From positions 2,914,001 through 2,978,000 of the forward strand of contig JAYWIR010000019.1 in assembly GCA_036172245.1 (NCBI GenBank): 64,000 bases of DNA, in the 5' to 3' direction. This DNA comes from Raillietiella orientalis (lineage: Eukaryota). The position numbers and the translations under genes were made by a program. How positions within the stretch are numbered: position 1 is the stretch's first letter; each line of letters starts with the position of its first letter. The notes under the pieces were generated by a model. It saw nothing but the letters and a program-made list of their open reading frames with translations. It was not told the origin of the DNA and searched no databases. Of the stretch, positions 37,228 through 52,100 are shown piece by piece.

Positions 37228-40200
37228 ATGACTGATGTTGAACCTGAACAGTTGAATATGGTGGAAGACATAGAAAGTGCAACTGGAGAGGTTTCTAGTC
37301 CTGTAACGGTACCATCGCAACCTCTTTCTAGTAATCATGTTGAACCTGTTTTGCAGGTTGTTTACTATCAACTATATAATTTTCAATATTAACTTGTGCT
37401 CTATTTCACATCAGACAAATAATTCAGCGTCTGAGGAAACCGCTATGTCCGTTGTTGAATCTGACTCGTCTGACGCTAAAAAGGATTTACCCAAAGAATC
37501 GTCAGTCGTTGATGTAAATAAGGAAACGAAAACTGCAGTAAGATTTTTGTTTATTTCCTTCTTAGCTGACCTAAAGCATATTGCTATAATTGTGTGAGGC
37601 AGATTTTAGAATGTCTCTCTGAGTTTGAATAAATCTGATCGTTTGTTTTGATTTAAAGATAATTGTTACAGGATTATCATGTATTCCAGAAGTTGGTTTT
37701 AAAACATGTATCGGCATTGTTGTGCACAGTTACAGACATAAAAATCATTGCGTGTAGAAATTGTTTAAGAATATATCTATTAAATAAGCATTATCCGAAA
37801 TTTGACTTTAGGAGGAAAAAATTGGAAAATCCCGAGTATGCAAGAATTTCAAAGAAAAACTAAATATTGTCGTGTGCAGTACAAAAATGTTTCAAATAAT
37901 GTGATTCAAATGTAGTTCTAAAAATTGTTGATTGTTACTGAATGAAATTAGCATGGAACATTAATGAATGAAGCCTTATTAATCTTTGAATTGTTAAATT
38001 ATGAGTAAAATTTTAGTTCTTGTTTATTTTCATATTATAAACGTATTCTTTGTTAGCGTTTTTTTGTTTATTCTATGAAATAAAAGAACAATTCTCTGAC
38101 TAGTTTTCTGTTTAAAAATCTGGTAAATAGTTTGCGACATTTCTCTTGCATGAGATTGAATTAATCGGGTCGTTAAATAAATTATTGTCTCGGACAATAC
38201 AGAAGATTAATTTTTTTTATCCTAACAGACTAAAAAGTACACCTTTGTTATTGGGCTGTATTGTTTGTTAGTTTATTCATCCATTTCAGTTTAGTGTGTT
38301 GTGTAGCATATCTGTTTCATTGTAACATTTTCGTTTGTAATATGCTGTCTTTCTTCATTTTTGACTTGGCTAATATAATTTGATGGAGTAGCTTTTTAAC
38401 ATTGTTCTCATTCTTTCTTTTGCTGTTATACATTTGATGCTCAGTTTTAAACAAAAACTTGTAAGCACAGTTAATAAAGTTAATTCTGTTGTGTTTTGAC
38501 TTTTTCTTTCTAATGAATGTTTATAATTTGTTGGGAGTTTTAGTTTTGGAGAGTTCTTGGAAATGCTAAGAGAATTTGTTCATTGTTAATATGTTTCAGA
38601 ATAAAATATGTAATCATTTTTGATCTGTTGTGTTCAAATAAGGTTCTAGTTTCATCAATTCATTAAGAGATGTAACTTGATGAGCATAAAATAAGCTTTA
38701 AATGATTAAAGAATGGTTACATGAATACTCATTTTTATATGCTGAGCTTTTATATTTGTGTGCTTATAAAAATGGAGTGTCCATGATTTTGGTAGGATGT
38801 ATAAGTAGTTTTAGGTATGCAAGTGATGTTTTGTTGAATTCTTGGAATTCAGTCAGTTTAGCTAACTGAATGAATGAGAGGACTGTGGTCAAATTGGAAT
38901 TTTTGAAATCTTTAATTATTTTTTCGCTTCAATAAATTTAATCCAACTATTTTAACTGAAGTAATATCAAATTACACACATAATTTAATATTTTTCTTTA
39001 TGTATCATGAAATTCTGATGCGTTTTTTGAGGATAAAAGATCTGCAGTGCAGCATTTAGTTTTTAACAATAAGAATCAAGCATGTGCCCCTAACATTGTG
39101 TAGATGGTGGTATACTTTAAAATTGGTTACCTGTAGATGCCTTTTTTTTTATTTGATAAGAATCGACTCAAAATGGTGTATTGAAGTTTATAAACTTTCA
39201 TTTCATTAAATTGAATTACATATTGGATGTGTACAGAGATGCACATTCATGTGTTCAAATTTTTCGTAAATCAGATTAGGCTAAGTTAGAAAAGATTTCA
39301 GATTCAGGTTAATGTGTTTTTACACACGCACACACATGTTTTTATTTATATATTTATATATATATATATATATACACACACATGTGTGTGTGTGTGAACA
39401 TGAGCGCAATTTCAGGAAAAAGAATCATGCAAAGGAATTGTAATACAGATACTATTTCTCGAAATTTAATGATTCGGCCATGAATGTTGTAAAAAATACA
39501 TATCTTGGAGATTACAAGGTGTCTTGTATTTGTTTATGAATTGTTTGTTGATATTTATGCATGATTTTCTTGAGCCATAATGAATTCCTTAACAGGAATG
39601 TGAGAATAACCACTAGTTGAGATATTGTTTGTGTAAATGTGATGTCTACATTTTTTTTTTTTTTTTAAATTAAGTTTTATTCTTAAATTGTAGACAAATT
39701 CTTTCAAGATAGCAAGGCTTTGCAACCTTTTTGATAAGGAAATAATAACACATTTCAAACTAAAAGAACAAAAATCATGTAATTTCATGCAGCACATATT
39801 TTAGGAAATGAGGTATAGCATTATTGATTATATTCTTCCAGTCTGTCATTTTTGATTTTGTATCATTGGGTACATTTGTTTCCAGTTGCTAGTAAGATTC
39901 AGTAATTAGCAAGTTTGCAGTAAATCAGATGTAAGTTCTGTTGGATTGCAAAAATTCATGTTGTCCAATATTTGTAATGGGCAGATACTCAGATTTATTT
40001 TCCTTGTTTGATTATGGAGGTATGTCTGATAAGGGCTTATTGCTTATTGTATCTATAGGAATGAGTGAAGTGGCTTCCAAAATGATTATTGTTATATCTT
40101 GATACGTGCAACCATGTAAAATCAAAAAATTTCAGATCTCTTTGGGAATATTTTTGATGTCTTCATTGAATTAAGATTTGACATTCAGCTTCTGGCTATG

Positions 40201-41800
40201 GGATAATATGATGCTTTTCATGAACTAGAGTCAGACATGAAGGTGAGGTAATGTGTTGAGTTTCAATTAGACCAGAGCTTAAAGCTCTTGTCTAATTAGC
40301 TTAAAGTAGGGAACAAGGTTCCATAATCTGAATGAGTAATCTATCTAGTGTAAAGGAGATGTTTTAATTCGCAAGAATAAGAATTTTTCTTAGTTTACAG
40401 ATGAATTTGATGTATACAATATTTAAGAGTTTATGATGATTTCTAACAGAAAGCCAGATAATCAGCATGTTCTCCCAACTTGATATGTATTGGATTTATT
40501 AAGTGAATACATGCATTATTTGTAAACATTATAACTTCCACATATCAGTTTGAAGAGCATGCACGTATTTTCTTGATATTGCTTTGAACAAATGGTTTAC
40601 CATTATTTAATATCATGCTATCAGAGTAAATATTTTACTTTCAAGATGAAATTTTCAATATGCTACATGAATCAAGAACTAAATTACAGTTCATTAAATG
40701 TGATGCTGAATAGTTGTGATACTTTAAGATAAATTAGTTTAAGAAGTAGCTGTATTATCACTTTCATAATAGAAGAATCAGTATTTGTTGTTTGAATGCA
40801 TTTCTCTCTGAGTATTTGAGTATTCTCCTTATTCAGTGAATTGTGTATATATGTGCATGTTAACTGTGTATATATGTATCTGTCAAGATTGGGATATATT
40901 TACATATCCATTATTTTTGTAAGAAATTTGGTAATTCAATAATTACCGAAAACTTCTAAATACCATGAAAAATTGCTTTTAGCGATTTTTTTAATTGTAC
41001 AGCATCAAGGAAAATTTCAAATTGTGCAAGCTGTGGATTGTGATAATGTTCAAAAATTTGGACTGAAAGTTTCTTGTGCGGATCACAGCAAATGACGTAG
41101 GTCGTGGTTATGAAACCATTTATAAAATCCGGGACTTCTAGCGGAATTCTAGTAGATTCTAGCAAATTTATTGCTAGAATCTATTTATAGCTAAAGTGAA
41201 ACCAACCAAATTAGTTTTAACCAAATTGTTAAACTATTCCTGACCTGAACCTTATTTGTTTTTTGAGTGATTAAGAACGAATTAATTATTATTATGATTT
41301 AATTCTTAAGTGAATTAATGATCATTCATATGTATTATTGCTAAATTTACAATTAAAAAGGTAGTTTGTATAGACTATAGTTGTTATTCATTGATACAAA
41401 ACAGTACATTTAGATAGATACATTTAAAAATTGTTACAATTGCTTTCATTTGTTGATGATCATTATTGAGTTTGTGAATATTTGAAGGATATAGCAACTG
41501 AAAAACCTGCACAGCCATCTGTTAAAGGAAAAACTGATTTGCAATCTCTTCCTACTAGGCAGTATTTGGATCAAACTGTAGTTCCTATTTTATTGCAAGC
41601 TCTAAGTGCATTAGCTAAGGAAAGGTAGCTGGTGTACACTAAATAGATTTGTTCACTGTAATCCTCATTTTAGACCTGCTGACCCCATTCAACATCTTGC
41701 TCTATTTCTGATGAAAAACAAGAGTCAGTATGAACAGGTGTCTTCTGCTGCATCAAATGATTCTGCAAATCCAGTCAACATAACTGGACAAAATCCTTGA
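37228..41800 (+). CDS. DPY30: DPY-30 (COMPASS H3K4 methyltransferase complex subunit), about 171 aa. Exons: 37228-37356, 37415-37537, 41488-41624, 41674-41800
   Basis: Dpy-30 motif [46 protein letters not shown] in exons 3-4; AATAAA at ~41833. Linking the two acidic N-terminal exons across a 3.95-kb intron is inferred from phase-0 compatible splice sites. Confidence 0.9.
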
Positions 41801-44800
41801 TTGTTCAGATATGGAAATTGTCTGTATATATTAATAAAAAGTTTGCTGATCTGACCATTTGAGGAATAATAAACTCTCCCATCTAAGGAAATGGAGAACT
41901 TTATTTATGATAACAAAAGTTATGTAAGACATGGTTTACAAGTAATTAGCATAGAAAAAAATTCGACTTTATAGTATTTTTGTTAATCTAAAGCAGTTCC
42001 GAAACGTTGTTGGAATGAAAATTGATCCACTGGTAGCATATGCATGAATTTAGATATCGCATTAAAAGTAAACCATATGCAAATAGAAGTGTGTCACTAA
42101 TTTCACCCTTCATTAATAAGTACAACTAAATTTCCGTTTCATCAAAAGTTCACTATGCACTCATTTTCAAGTACGGTTTTTTTTTTTTTTTGTTCTGCCT
42201 TGCCTTCATCATCTTTTCTCATTTTCTTCATAATGCCAGATATTTCCTTCCCTACTTTCATTGTCTTTATCACTCCAGAATGAGGAGTTATATATGCCAC
42301 TCTTAAACTGCTATTTAATAAACACACCTTACAGTCAACTGTCTGGTTTCTACGTGTCAACATGATTGACTCCTTTCTGTTAAAATTTTTCCACTGGATT
42401 AAAGACTATATAACCTTTATTAGTTCGTGTTCTTCCACTTATCAAGGAAGATTTTACAGAAGCAAGTAATCAGTGAGCATCAGTTGGATTCTGGCTATCA
42501 TGAAAATTATCATAATCATTAATGACTAATCATTATGAGGATTATTGATTGTTAACAAGGTTTTCTGGAGTCTATACATGGCTAAAGTTGCATTGTTTGA
42601 TGTTTCTCAAATAAGACTTTGGCAAGGATATCATAAAAATTTGGAATTCTAGAAATTAAACTAATTATCTGTAATTTAAGGGTGCTAGTAAGTCATCATT
42701 TGGCTAGATAGTGCTTACTGCATTCTGCGTAGCACCTCCAAAAAAGCGTTTTGTTAACTATTCTGCTTTTCCAGTGCAGTCTTGTAGTTTTAATTTGTCT
42801 TTATTATGCCGTTTTTTTTATACTTTCAACCAAGGCACTTGGCAGTTTTACATACAAGCCTAATTTTCTTCAATATTCATGTATTACTGTATGCCTCTTA
42901 TCTATGAAACTTCATCCCTGTGCAGTGCACAATGTGCTCCTAAGCTTCCTTCTGTTAAATTTGGTGAACACCCTGGAAAAATGACAAACTGCAGGGCCTT
43001 ACAGAAATCTTTGAAATTTGAAACGTAAAATGAGAATAGGTTCCTGCTTTGATATGTACGGTAATAGCCTCTGCTGCTGTTGGGTTGTGGTGTCTTTTTC
43101 CATTCAGGTCTGGGCAACACAACTGAATTTTGAACATGCGCGTCTAATAGAATTAATTCCCACAATGTTCCTGTCAGTCCTCGTTAAAGAGTGTGAGGGT
43201 TCATTTTTTTAGTTTAAAAGTTTAGGATCTCCAAAGAATGTTCTTTCAAGAAATCATACCTGGATTTCCAAGTCCTCACTGGTGGCTAGTATCCAAATCT
43301 TCTATCTTATTATGTCTACTCGATTACATCTTCCAATTAGATACTCCATTCGTTTATCATCCAGCGCATAAGGCGGTGCAAAATTATCGTCAATATAAAT
43401 AACTATGCATACGTGAAAACGGACTTTGCAGCCCTTTTATAAAGATCATCTGTTAATTTCATGGCAATAAAACCTACCAGTTCTTCACATTACTATGATG
43501 TTTCACTTCATATTGCGGTTTCCGGAGTTCTTTAAAACGTATCACAAGCTGAAAACGCAAGCTATGAATACTTTAACAATTCTTAATCCTAATCGTTCTA
43601 ATTAATCCGCTACCAAAAAAACATTATCTTGGGAAAATCTTTAACAGTTTGTTACACCCAACATTGACTTTGAACGTACATCAAAGCATACTACATTATA
43701 ATTTATGTTCTCATAAGTAGATAATGGGTAGGGAACACTGAATAGCCTGAATCTCGTCTCGAATGATCAAAAGTTACATGCAAGTGTTGCTGGGAAAAAC
43801 AGCAACACTTACAAGCTCATTCCCATCGTCCAGGCATCCTTATGCTTGAATTTAGGACCCTATGTTGTAAGCATCCTTGCCTACAGTGACTGACCACGGC
43901 CGCGTGTATCTTCCGTACATCTTCATCTTTGTACGCTTACCGTGAAAAAAATGACAGAAGCGGGAAACAGCCAAAGCACGAAAGCACCCGCGTATCTGCC
44001 CAACGTGAGTTGGTTTGCAGGGATCACCATGAGAAAAATTATCGTTTCATGGCCTGGACTCATTTTGCACTGTAAATAGTTCTTACTATTATGGGGCAAT
44101 TCATTATGCCTACTGTTCCGGCGAAAACCACTTCACTCCGGTGTCTGCCACCGGGTGCAACATTTCAAAACCAACATCCCACGTGCATACGGGTAAAAAA
44201 AATGTCATCCAACACGTGGTGGCATTCACAAACGTCAGGGCGAAAGCAGGTGGCTGCTCAAAATCGTTGAAGACTTTGTTCTTTAATACATAGACCACGA
44301 TAATAAAAAATCTAGGATTCGGGACACTAGTTATTCTGAACTACTTTGTTTAAAACAATCTTCGCCTTCAATAATAATAATAATAAAAAAAAAGGAGTTC
44401 ATAACTGCACTGGATGAAGAAAACACTTCTGGGTGAGATGACCCCGGCGATAAAGATATTTGAAATAACCACAAATATGCACTAAACGCATCAAATATGC
44501 AGTTTTTTTTCTGGCATTGTCAGACAAGATCCACTTTGTACCGTTTTGGTTTTTTGTTGTCTCCTTACAGATTCACACTTCTTTTCATGCAACCCATTTG
44601 AAACTACTACTTTTTCCAGTGAATGCTATCACTTTATTATTAATGTGTCTTTCGTTATCGGTCATAATTTCACTTTTTTACGGAGCAAAATTGCTTTGGA
44701 TCTAAGAAATGCTTCACTAATCTCAAGATACAGAAAATAATTGAGTATTTGATCATATTTCATGCCATGGTTATGTTCCATGGTATAAACTTATAAAATT

Positions 44801-44874
44801 TTATTTATATTATGCCTTGATAAGTAAAATGATTAATCTTTTATTCAAAAACATAAAAAGAGTTTTTATAACTG

Positions 44875-47800
44875 TCACCTCATATCATCAATTACGCTTT
44901 CAAGCACATTTGGAGGTAAAAGTTCTCGTAATCTTGATAGAAGGGCATGACCAACAACTAGCAAGCTTTCATGAGAACTAGGAATGGACTGAGAAGGGTC
45001 TGGTACAGCAGCTTGACTCACCACTGAGTCTGTGTGCAACCTTATTTTTTTCACAGGTGCAACTAAAAAAAAACAAACAAACAAACAATTAAAACAGAAT
45101 TAAAATGGCAAATTTTGATGCAAATTCAGTTATGATTTACCTTCTTTACATTCTTGCACTTCAGGTGATATTTTATCTACAATCTTTTCAACTGCAATAA
45201 GCAAGCTAGTAGTTGGTGAACAGTTTTCTTTATCAAGTAAAAGCAAACTAATCGTTCGAAGATCTGCTAAGATATTATCAACGATGATGGGTAATGGAAT
45301 TTCTGAAGCACTATATACAGAATTCAGAAGATTCACCCAAAGGGTTTTAATAGACTCTGAAAGCCGATTTGTCACCTAATAGAAAATTTTTGTGAAGTCT
45401 ATCAAACTACATTATAATAATACTCACTTTGGGAAGAATAAAATTGAAAAAATTGAAAATTACGGAGTTGTTAAGGGATAACCGTTCATCAAGGAGTATA
45501 GCCTCCAGATAATCCATCAGATAAGGACTGCACAATAATAAATCTAAATATTTCTTATCTAATGACTACCGTATCGATTAGTTAAGTGGGATCAATTCTT
45601 TGAACTTACTCGTGTGTGACAAATATCCATCCACAACTTGGGGAAAAGTGCAAGTCTTAATGGGATGCCTTCATATCCCAACATGACACTGAGATCAACT
45701 AATGGTCTGGCCATCAAATTTCCATTTACTGCTACACGGCACATCATATCAATTAACTGATGGTAGGGAAGGTAAAAATCCTTTAAAGCATTGATATATT
45801 CTTCATCTGCTTCCTGAAACAGTTAATTTTCTAAAATTATGTCAGGGCAAGTGGAGACTCACCCGACTACATTCAACACTACTATGCAGAAGAAACATTT
45901 GCATCAATGGTCTTTGAGGACGAACACTACCCTTTTGAATTGCATTGATAATTCTTCCTCTCCTCGGAAAATACGGTCCCAATTGAACCGGTAAAGAATT
46001 TTCACGATATGCTGCATGGCAGTGGCTAAGAAAAGGCACCAAGTTTTGCATTATCTCAAATGGACATAGCAAAATCTGTTCTTTCAAAATATCTGGAAAT
46101 AATTGTAAAGTACAAAATGCATTGAAAGCAATTACTAACCCACGCATACATTGCGCAATTCCGGTGGATTAAAACTGTTAAGAAGAGTTGCTAATTTTTT
46201 CAAGAATTCAGATCTGCTTTTGAGAGACACAAACAAAACTATCAAATCTTTATTTTCTTGTGTGGTTCTTATAAAGTGCAAAAATTCTTGGATCAAAGCA
46301 AGCAATCTAAGCAAATCATCCAACACATGACATGCAGTAGCTGTATGGTACATAACATGAAGAGCAAAAAATGCCTTCAAAAACATGACTTAAGAACTGA
46401 TTTTGAAATTTGAAATATTACCTCTACCAACAGTGGAAGTACTCCTTGTTGTACTGCTAACAAACGATCTTCGTCTGTTTCCACAAGAATTGTGAGAACA
46501 GAAATTAAACTCGCCCAACTGGACTGAGCATCTAAGATCTGCATATACAGTTGCAAGGTTGATTTGCGAAAGTGGTTTATTTCCGCAAGTTCCTGCTCAG
46601 ATGCATCTTCTGGACGTTCAGCAAACTTTTTCATTAACCGAAACAACTCTTCAGTTGCAGCACTATATTGGGTACTATAAGGAGTAATATTGCGGAAAGC
46701 CCATTGGATATTTTGATGCACTGCTAATTGGCGTGTGAATGAGCGTGACATCTCACAACACATGCATAAAATGCCGTAGTACAGGGGCAGCATGCCTTTG
46801 TTGAAGAGGACAACTTCATGATCCTCATGATCAGCTCTAAAACTTTGTATTTTACAGAAAACTTAATTTTCGCTCAACTTACAGAATGTAATTGAATGCA
46901 ATATTTTTGGTGACAGCTGGATTTTCAAGGATTAGCTGAATATTTTCGGGGCAATCCACACAGACCGAATGCCAGAATGAAAGCAGTGCTTTTTTATTAT
47001 TATGAACACAGATTGAAGGCTCGGATAATCGAGGGTGAAAAAGTGTCCAAAGATCCGTAAAATAGGGAGAAAACTAACTTCAAAATTAAATTCACTTATG
47101 CTGAGATGTCTTACCATAAGCTTCTCTGTTCGAGATAGTACGCAATAAGACAACAACGAAAAGTACGTTGCGAGCTGTGACGAGCCATGGCTGCGCACAT
47201 CCACATAGAAACGTGCTCTTTTCAAGAAACGCAAAAGACTTTCATAAAGTTGATGCAGCTCAACTTGCGCCTCGCTTGAAAGAACAATGTTTCGACATAT
47301 GCCAGGCATATAACGAACGCGAAAACTTTGTCGAAACTGAGCATCTGGCACAAGCTGGACCAGTAAACTAGCTGTAGCCGTTCGCACCCTTTGTTCCTGA
47401 TCCCCCACCAAAAATGGTTCTATCCATGAATCTAAATTCTGAATTACCCACGAATGTGCAATTTGGCTATTTGGTACCTAGAAAGAGATTAGTTTCAAAA
47501 CAAGGATCATGCATTTCATATACTCACTTGCATGGCAAGCCATTCAATAACATTTTGGGCACAAGATTCAATTACTTCTGGTTCCCATATATGTTGCAAG
47601 ATGAGCTGCATAAAACAAGGCATATCTTGTGTGGTGCCAAGCATTTCCACAAGCATAGTCAGCAAATTGAAAAATGACTCACTAATCTAAGAAATGCTAA
47701 GTTGTAATCCCATGTGAATTTCTATTTACCTCTGGATGCTGCACAATGACTTGGAATATCATGTTTACCAATTGTTCAGCCAACAAGTTATTATAACGAC

Positions 47801-49128
47801 CCAATTGCAAGATGAGATTGCAAGTCTGTCGCAGATTTACTGCATCCTTTACTTGCTGGCACAAAAAAGGAAAGCCCTACATCACAATATACATTTCTTT
47901 ATTAAAGCAATCAAATCCACCTACTTTGCCACCCACTAATGCTTGCATATCCTGATCGGATAACTGCAGACTGTGATCTGCTTTACGAGATCTTTCAACT
48001 AAAAAAGCAATGAAAGTAAATATTTTTTCAAAAGATTGAGGTTTGGCTGTTTGTTGAACAGCAGTCAGATTTTCTTCTTCTTCTTCTTCTCCATCACTGG
48101 TTGTATCTATAGTCAGCTACCAAAAATGTACTTTCGTTTTGTGTTACATTAAGTAAATACCTACTGGTTCGTGGACTTTGTTTCCCAGGTAAAATTTGAC
48201 CATAGAAGAAATGGCTTGGCATGATAGCAAAAACTGAGTTTCCTCAGTTCCCATGCGAGCAATGTCCAACAACAAACTAAAGTATTCTCCTAGATGAGAA
48301 GCATGCGTTCGAGCTGCACTATGTTCCAGCTAATGAAAAATAAAAAAAAACCCAGCAATTGTAAACTATTGAATACACATAAGTACTAACTAGTAAAAGC
48401 AATCGACGAACAAATTTGGCAATACATGGAAATAGTTCTGGTCGCATTGTTTTTTCTCTTGTGCTGGCATGGCGAAGATGAGATGATCTAATTGAATGAG
48501 AATAATGATGAATAAATCTCATATGTGTATCTCACCTCAATCTTTGAATTACATGGATGCAGAGACGATGAAACATCTGACGTACCATCTGGTTGGGGCA
48601 TTTAATAAGAATTTGGACAGGCCACCAATCATGTTCAGACATATGCTCAAGAAGCCACTCACAAGCAGACTGAGATGAATTTAACTGCTTTGTCAGTAAT
48701 TCGACCCACTGCACCATTGTTGGCTATAGTTCAATGAATAGATGCAATTAGCAAACAAAATTGCTTCACTGACCTTCTCTTTGGCATGAATAAATGTTTC
48801 CAAGAAAAAAGACATTGACAGTTGCGAAGCAATCAAAGTAACTTCTTCCAATGGTTCTAGAGACTGGATAATGCTACCACACATTTGGGACATGAAACTA
48901 GAAGTAATCATCTATTAGGTCAAAATCATATTTATGGAACTGCCTACTTAAAATACATATGTTCGAATATATTATTATCTTGAAGAAACCGCATATTATC
49001 TTCCCAGATCCATTCTTCCAATTCTTTATTAAGCTGAACAGCTGGCATCATGTAAGAATCCCTTAATCTCATGTCTTCTTTTGCAGAAGTCTTATGTGAT
49101 GAACTTTGATTCAATTCTGGCTTGCATT

Positions 49129-49161
<33 letters not shown>

Positions 49162-52100
49162 TTTCAAAACTGAAGTCCATAAATTTGTCAGCCATGGAAT
49201 CATAAGTTTTACTCTGAAGCAGGCTTACAGCAGTTTTCTACACTGCTAACCACATACCATAATTTCGCCCCCAAAACATTCGGCTGCTAATTGGGTTGGG
49301 TCAAATGGTTTAATCTCTGCATCATTGAATAAAAACCACTTATCACGATTAGGGGATTTCCGTTCTCGAATAAAACTATAATAATGACCACCATCAGCAG
49401 TACCAGTATGAACTGTAACACCAATTAATTCGTACTGACAATTTTCCTGCTTTTGATTGTGCTTTGTTTTCTCTTCACTATTAGGCATGAGATGACTCTC
49501 CATATAGCCAGACATATCCAAAATTAAAGGAAATGAGAAATGAGTATTCACTTTTTCCTTCATCATTGTAATCATGTTAAATGTGTAGCGCATTGTGTTA
49601 AAACAAAGAATATTGGGTAGTTTTGTAAAACATGCTCTGAAAATCAGTTAATATCAATAAATATGAAATTACGCCATCACCTTTTTTCTGCTCGAACTTT
49701 TTTACTGCAATGAGAGCAAGTATACATGTTATCTCCTTCTAAAGTATCCTTTACAGTAACTTCATCAAGACTCTCATAAAGATTACGCATATCGGCAACT
49801 TGACATCTTACTGTATAAAATTCTTCTACTGTTCTACTCACATGACAACAATCCTTATAACAAAGAAATAATAACTCGATATAATTTTTCCTACCAAAGA
49901 TATCACATTATTAGTGAGCTCTCCTGAAAACAGGCGCTTGACAAGAGCTTTTAATTCTGAAGTCATTTCTTCCAATTTAGATACGAGATCAATGAAGAAT
50001 TCTGCCATATCTTTCTGTTCACCAGTGTTAAGCACTTGATGATCCATCATGTATACTTTGCAAAAACTATATGGATTGTATGCTTTCCGTTCACTTTCCA
50101 AGAGGAAAGCAAACATGCGCTGCAGTTCTCGGAGAATGCAAGCATGTTTTGTTTCAGAATTCAAAGGGGTGCTTAAAATGGTAGTACATGCTTCTGGCAT
50201 CATATACAGATGCTGAATACAAGAAGCCATATAGCATGTGGCACCCAGATTGGTCAAGCCCACATATCCACAATCAGCTCTTCTTTCATCATGTGGCCAA
50301 TAGTCCCATGGATATGGCTCATGTGATGCTTAAAATACATTATCAACAATAATAAAACCCAAAATATTTACTGCGAATCATATAAGTTTAACAACTGAAA
50401 CCAAGTTGTGACCATAATGCTCATCATCCATTCTTTATAAACTTTTTTGATAAAATACAGGAGAAATCAACCAAACTTTTGTTTTTTGTTTGTTTTATAT
50501 TTTTTGTAGTCAAATGGTAACAGATGAAGAGTCAAATATTATATGAGATACGTTATAAAGTTATCATGTCACATTCCTGATGAGTGTGAATGTTATACAT
50601 TTTTTTTCTGTGAACAATACTTCTGGATGTAACAGAAATAAAACGAGCAAAAACATGAACTAGTAATCCTTACTCTAACTTTGATGATTCAACATTCATC
50701 CTCAAGATCTGATCTAAGAATGATCATATTCAAAAGTGAAATGGAGGTTCTAATGAATTCAATATAGAAAACTTTAGTAACATTAATGTGAATCAAGGAG
50801 AACTAGTTGCAAGTAAAGTATTAAATTGCGAACTTTTTGTTGGAGATATTAACTTTTAGCTGGCTTTCGAAAAATCAAGCAATTTTGAAAAGAAAACTTA
50901 GTTATCTTATACCTCCTACAATTTATTGAAAACTTGTGGAGATTTGGCATTCTCTAATATCAACTAAGAAGATGAAAAATAGATTATTAGTGCATAATGG
51001 AAAAACATTTACTAGTGCCTACAATATCAACAATAAGCAGACTAAAAGATCGCTTGAAACCAATGAAAAACTAATATACGAGGCACATGTGACTTCAGTG
51101 TCAGATCCTAAAGTCTAGTATGATTTGATATCAGTTATTCCCTATTTTCCATTTCACTGTGAGTAGACTACTTACAGAGCATATTTGGAAGCAAATTGCA
51201 GAAAATTGCAAACAAATTTCAATATCAAAACGGGAAATTTGGGAAAAATGAAATGAACAAATGGAAGCTTAAATTACTGTTATGTATTTGACTGCATATA
51301 TGCATACCTACAAAGATAACAAAAATAATGCAAGGGGATGAATGCTAATTGTGAGCTGATCGAGTATACACTGCTACTATAAGTATTTGTTTTAATTAAT
51401 TCTGTATTTTACTGTATAATTACACTTACTTAGATGTGAACGATAGATGAAAGACAAATGAGTCAGCGGTTGTTACATAGCTGCTGCACACTTATTTATC
51501 ATAACAAATATTAAATTTGAGATACTTTGTATTTACCTGAGTCCTGCTGTTCGCTAAGCTTCTTATGTAATATTTTGTAACTCTCCAAATTTCCTTTTAC
51601 CATTTCTATAAGAAGATCATAAGCTGCAGTCCGGCTATTTTGTGATTTGCATTTGGGCAAGAAACGGCATTTGGAAGTAGGAAGTGCAAAAAGGAAGTCA
51701 AACACCTAACAACAACAACCATTCAATTTTTACATAAAAGGCATGCTGCTCAAGAACAGATAAATCACAGAAATAAAATGCTACCTGCAGCATAAAGTTT
51801 TGACCCTCTTTGCTACTGTGAAAAGGAGGCTGATATTTCATGAGTACTGAACTTAATGACAGAAGTCCAATAAGTCCATCATCTTCCATATGTTGATGCC
51901 GTACTTCCAAAAAATCTCGTTCTTGCAAAGCAATAGCCACTTGTTGAGATAGCTTATCAATGTCTATATTATTGCTAGCTATATCTTTCATTCTGTTTCT
52001 TAATCTTTCATCATCCAAGAGATGGCAAAGTAACCAAAAATAATCTTGACAAGCAGGCCCATAGTGCTCTTTATAATACTCTTCCTCATAATTGTCTTGT

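Noticed and set aside
42140..43420. Short ORFs with splice-like signals between DPY30 and USP34
   Set aside because: No consistent frame or recognisable protein.
44300..44332. CTAG-T as a Helitron 3' end
   Set aside because: Lacks the diagnostic GC-rich subterminal hairpin.
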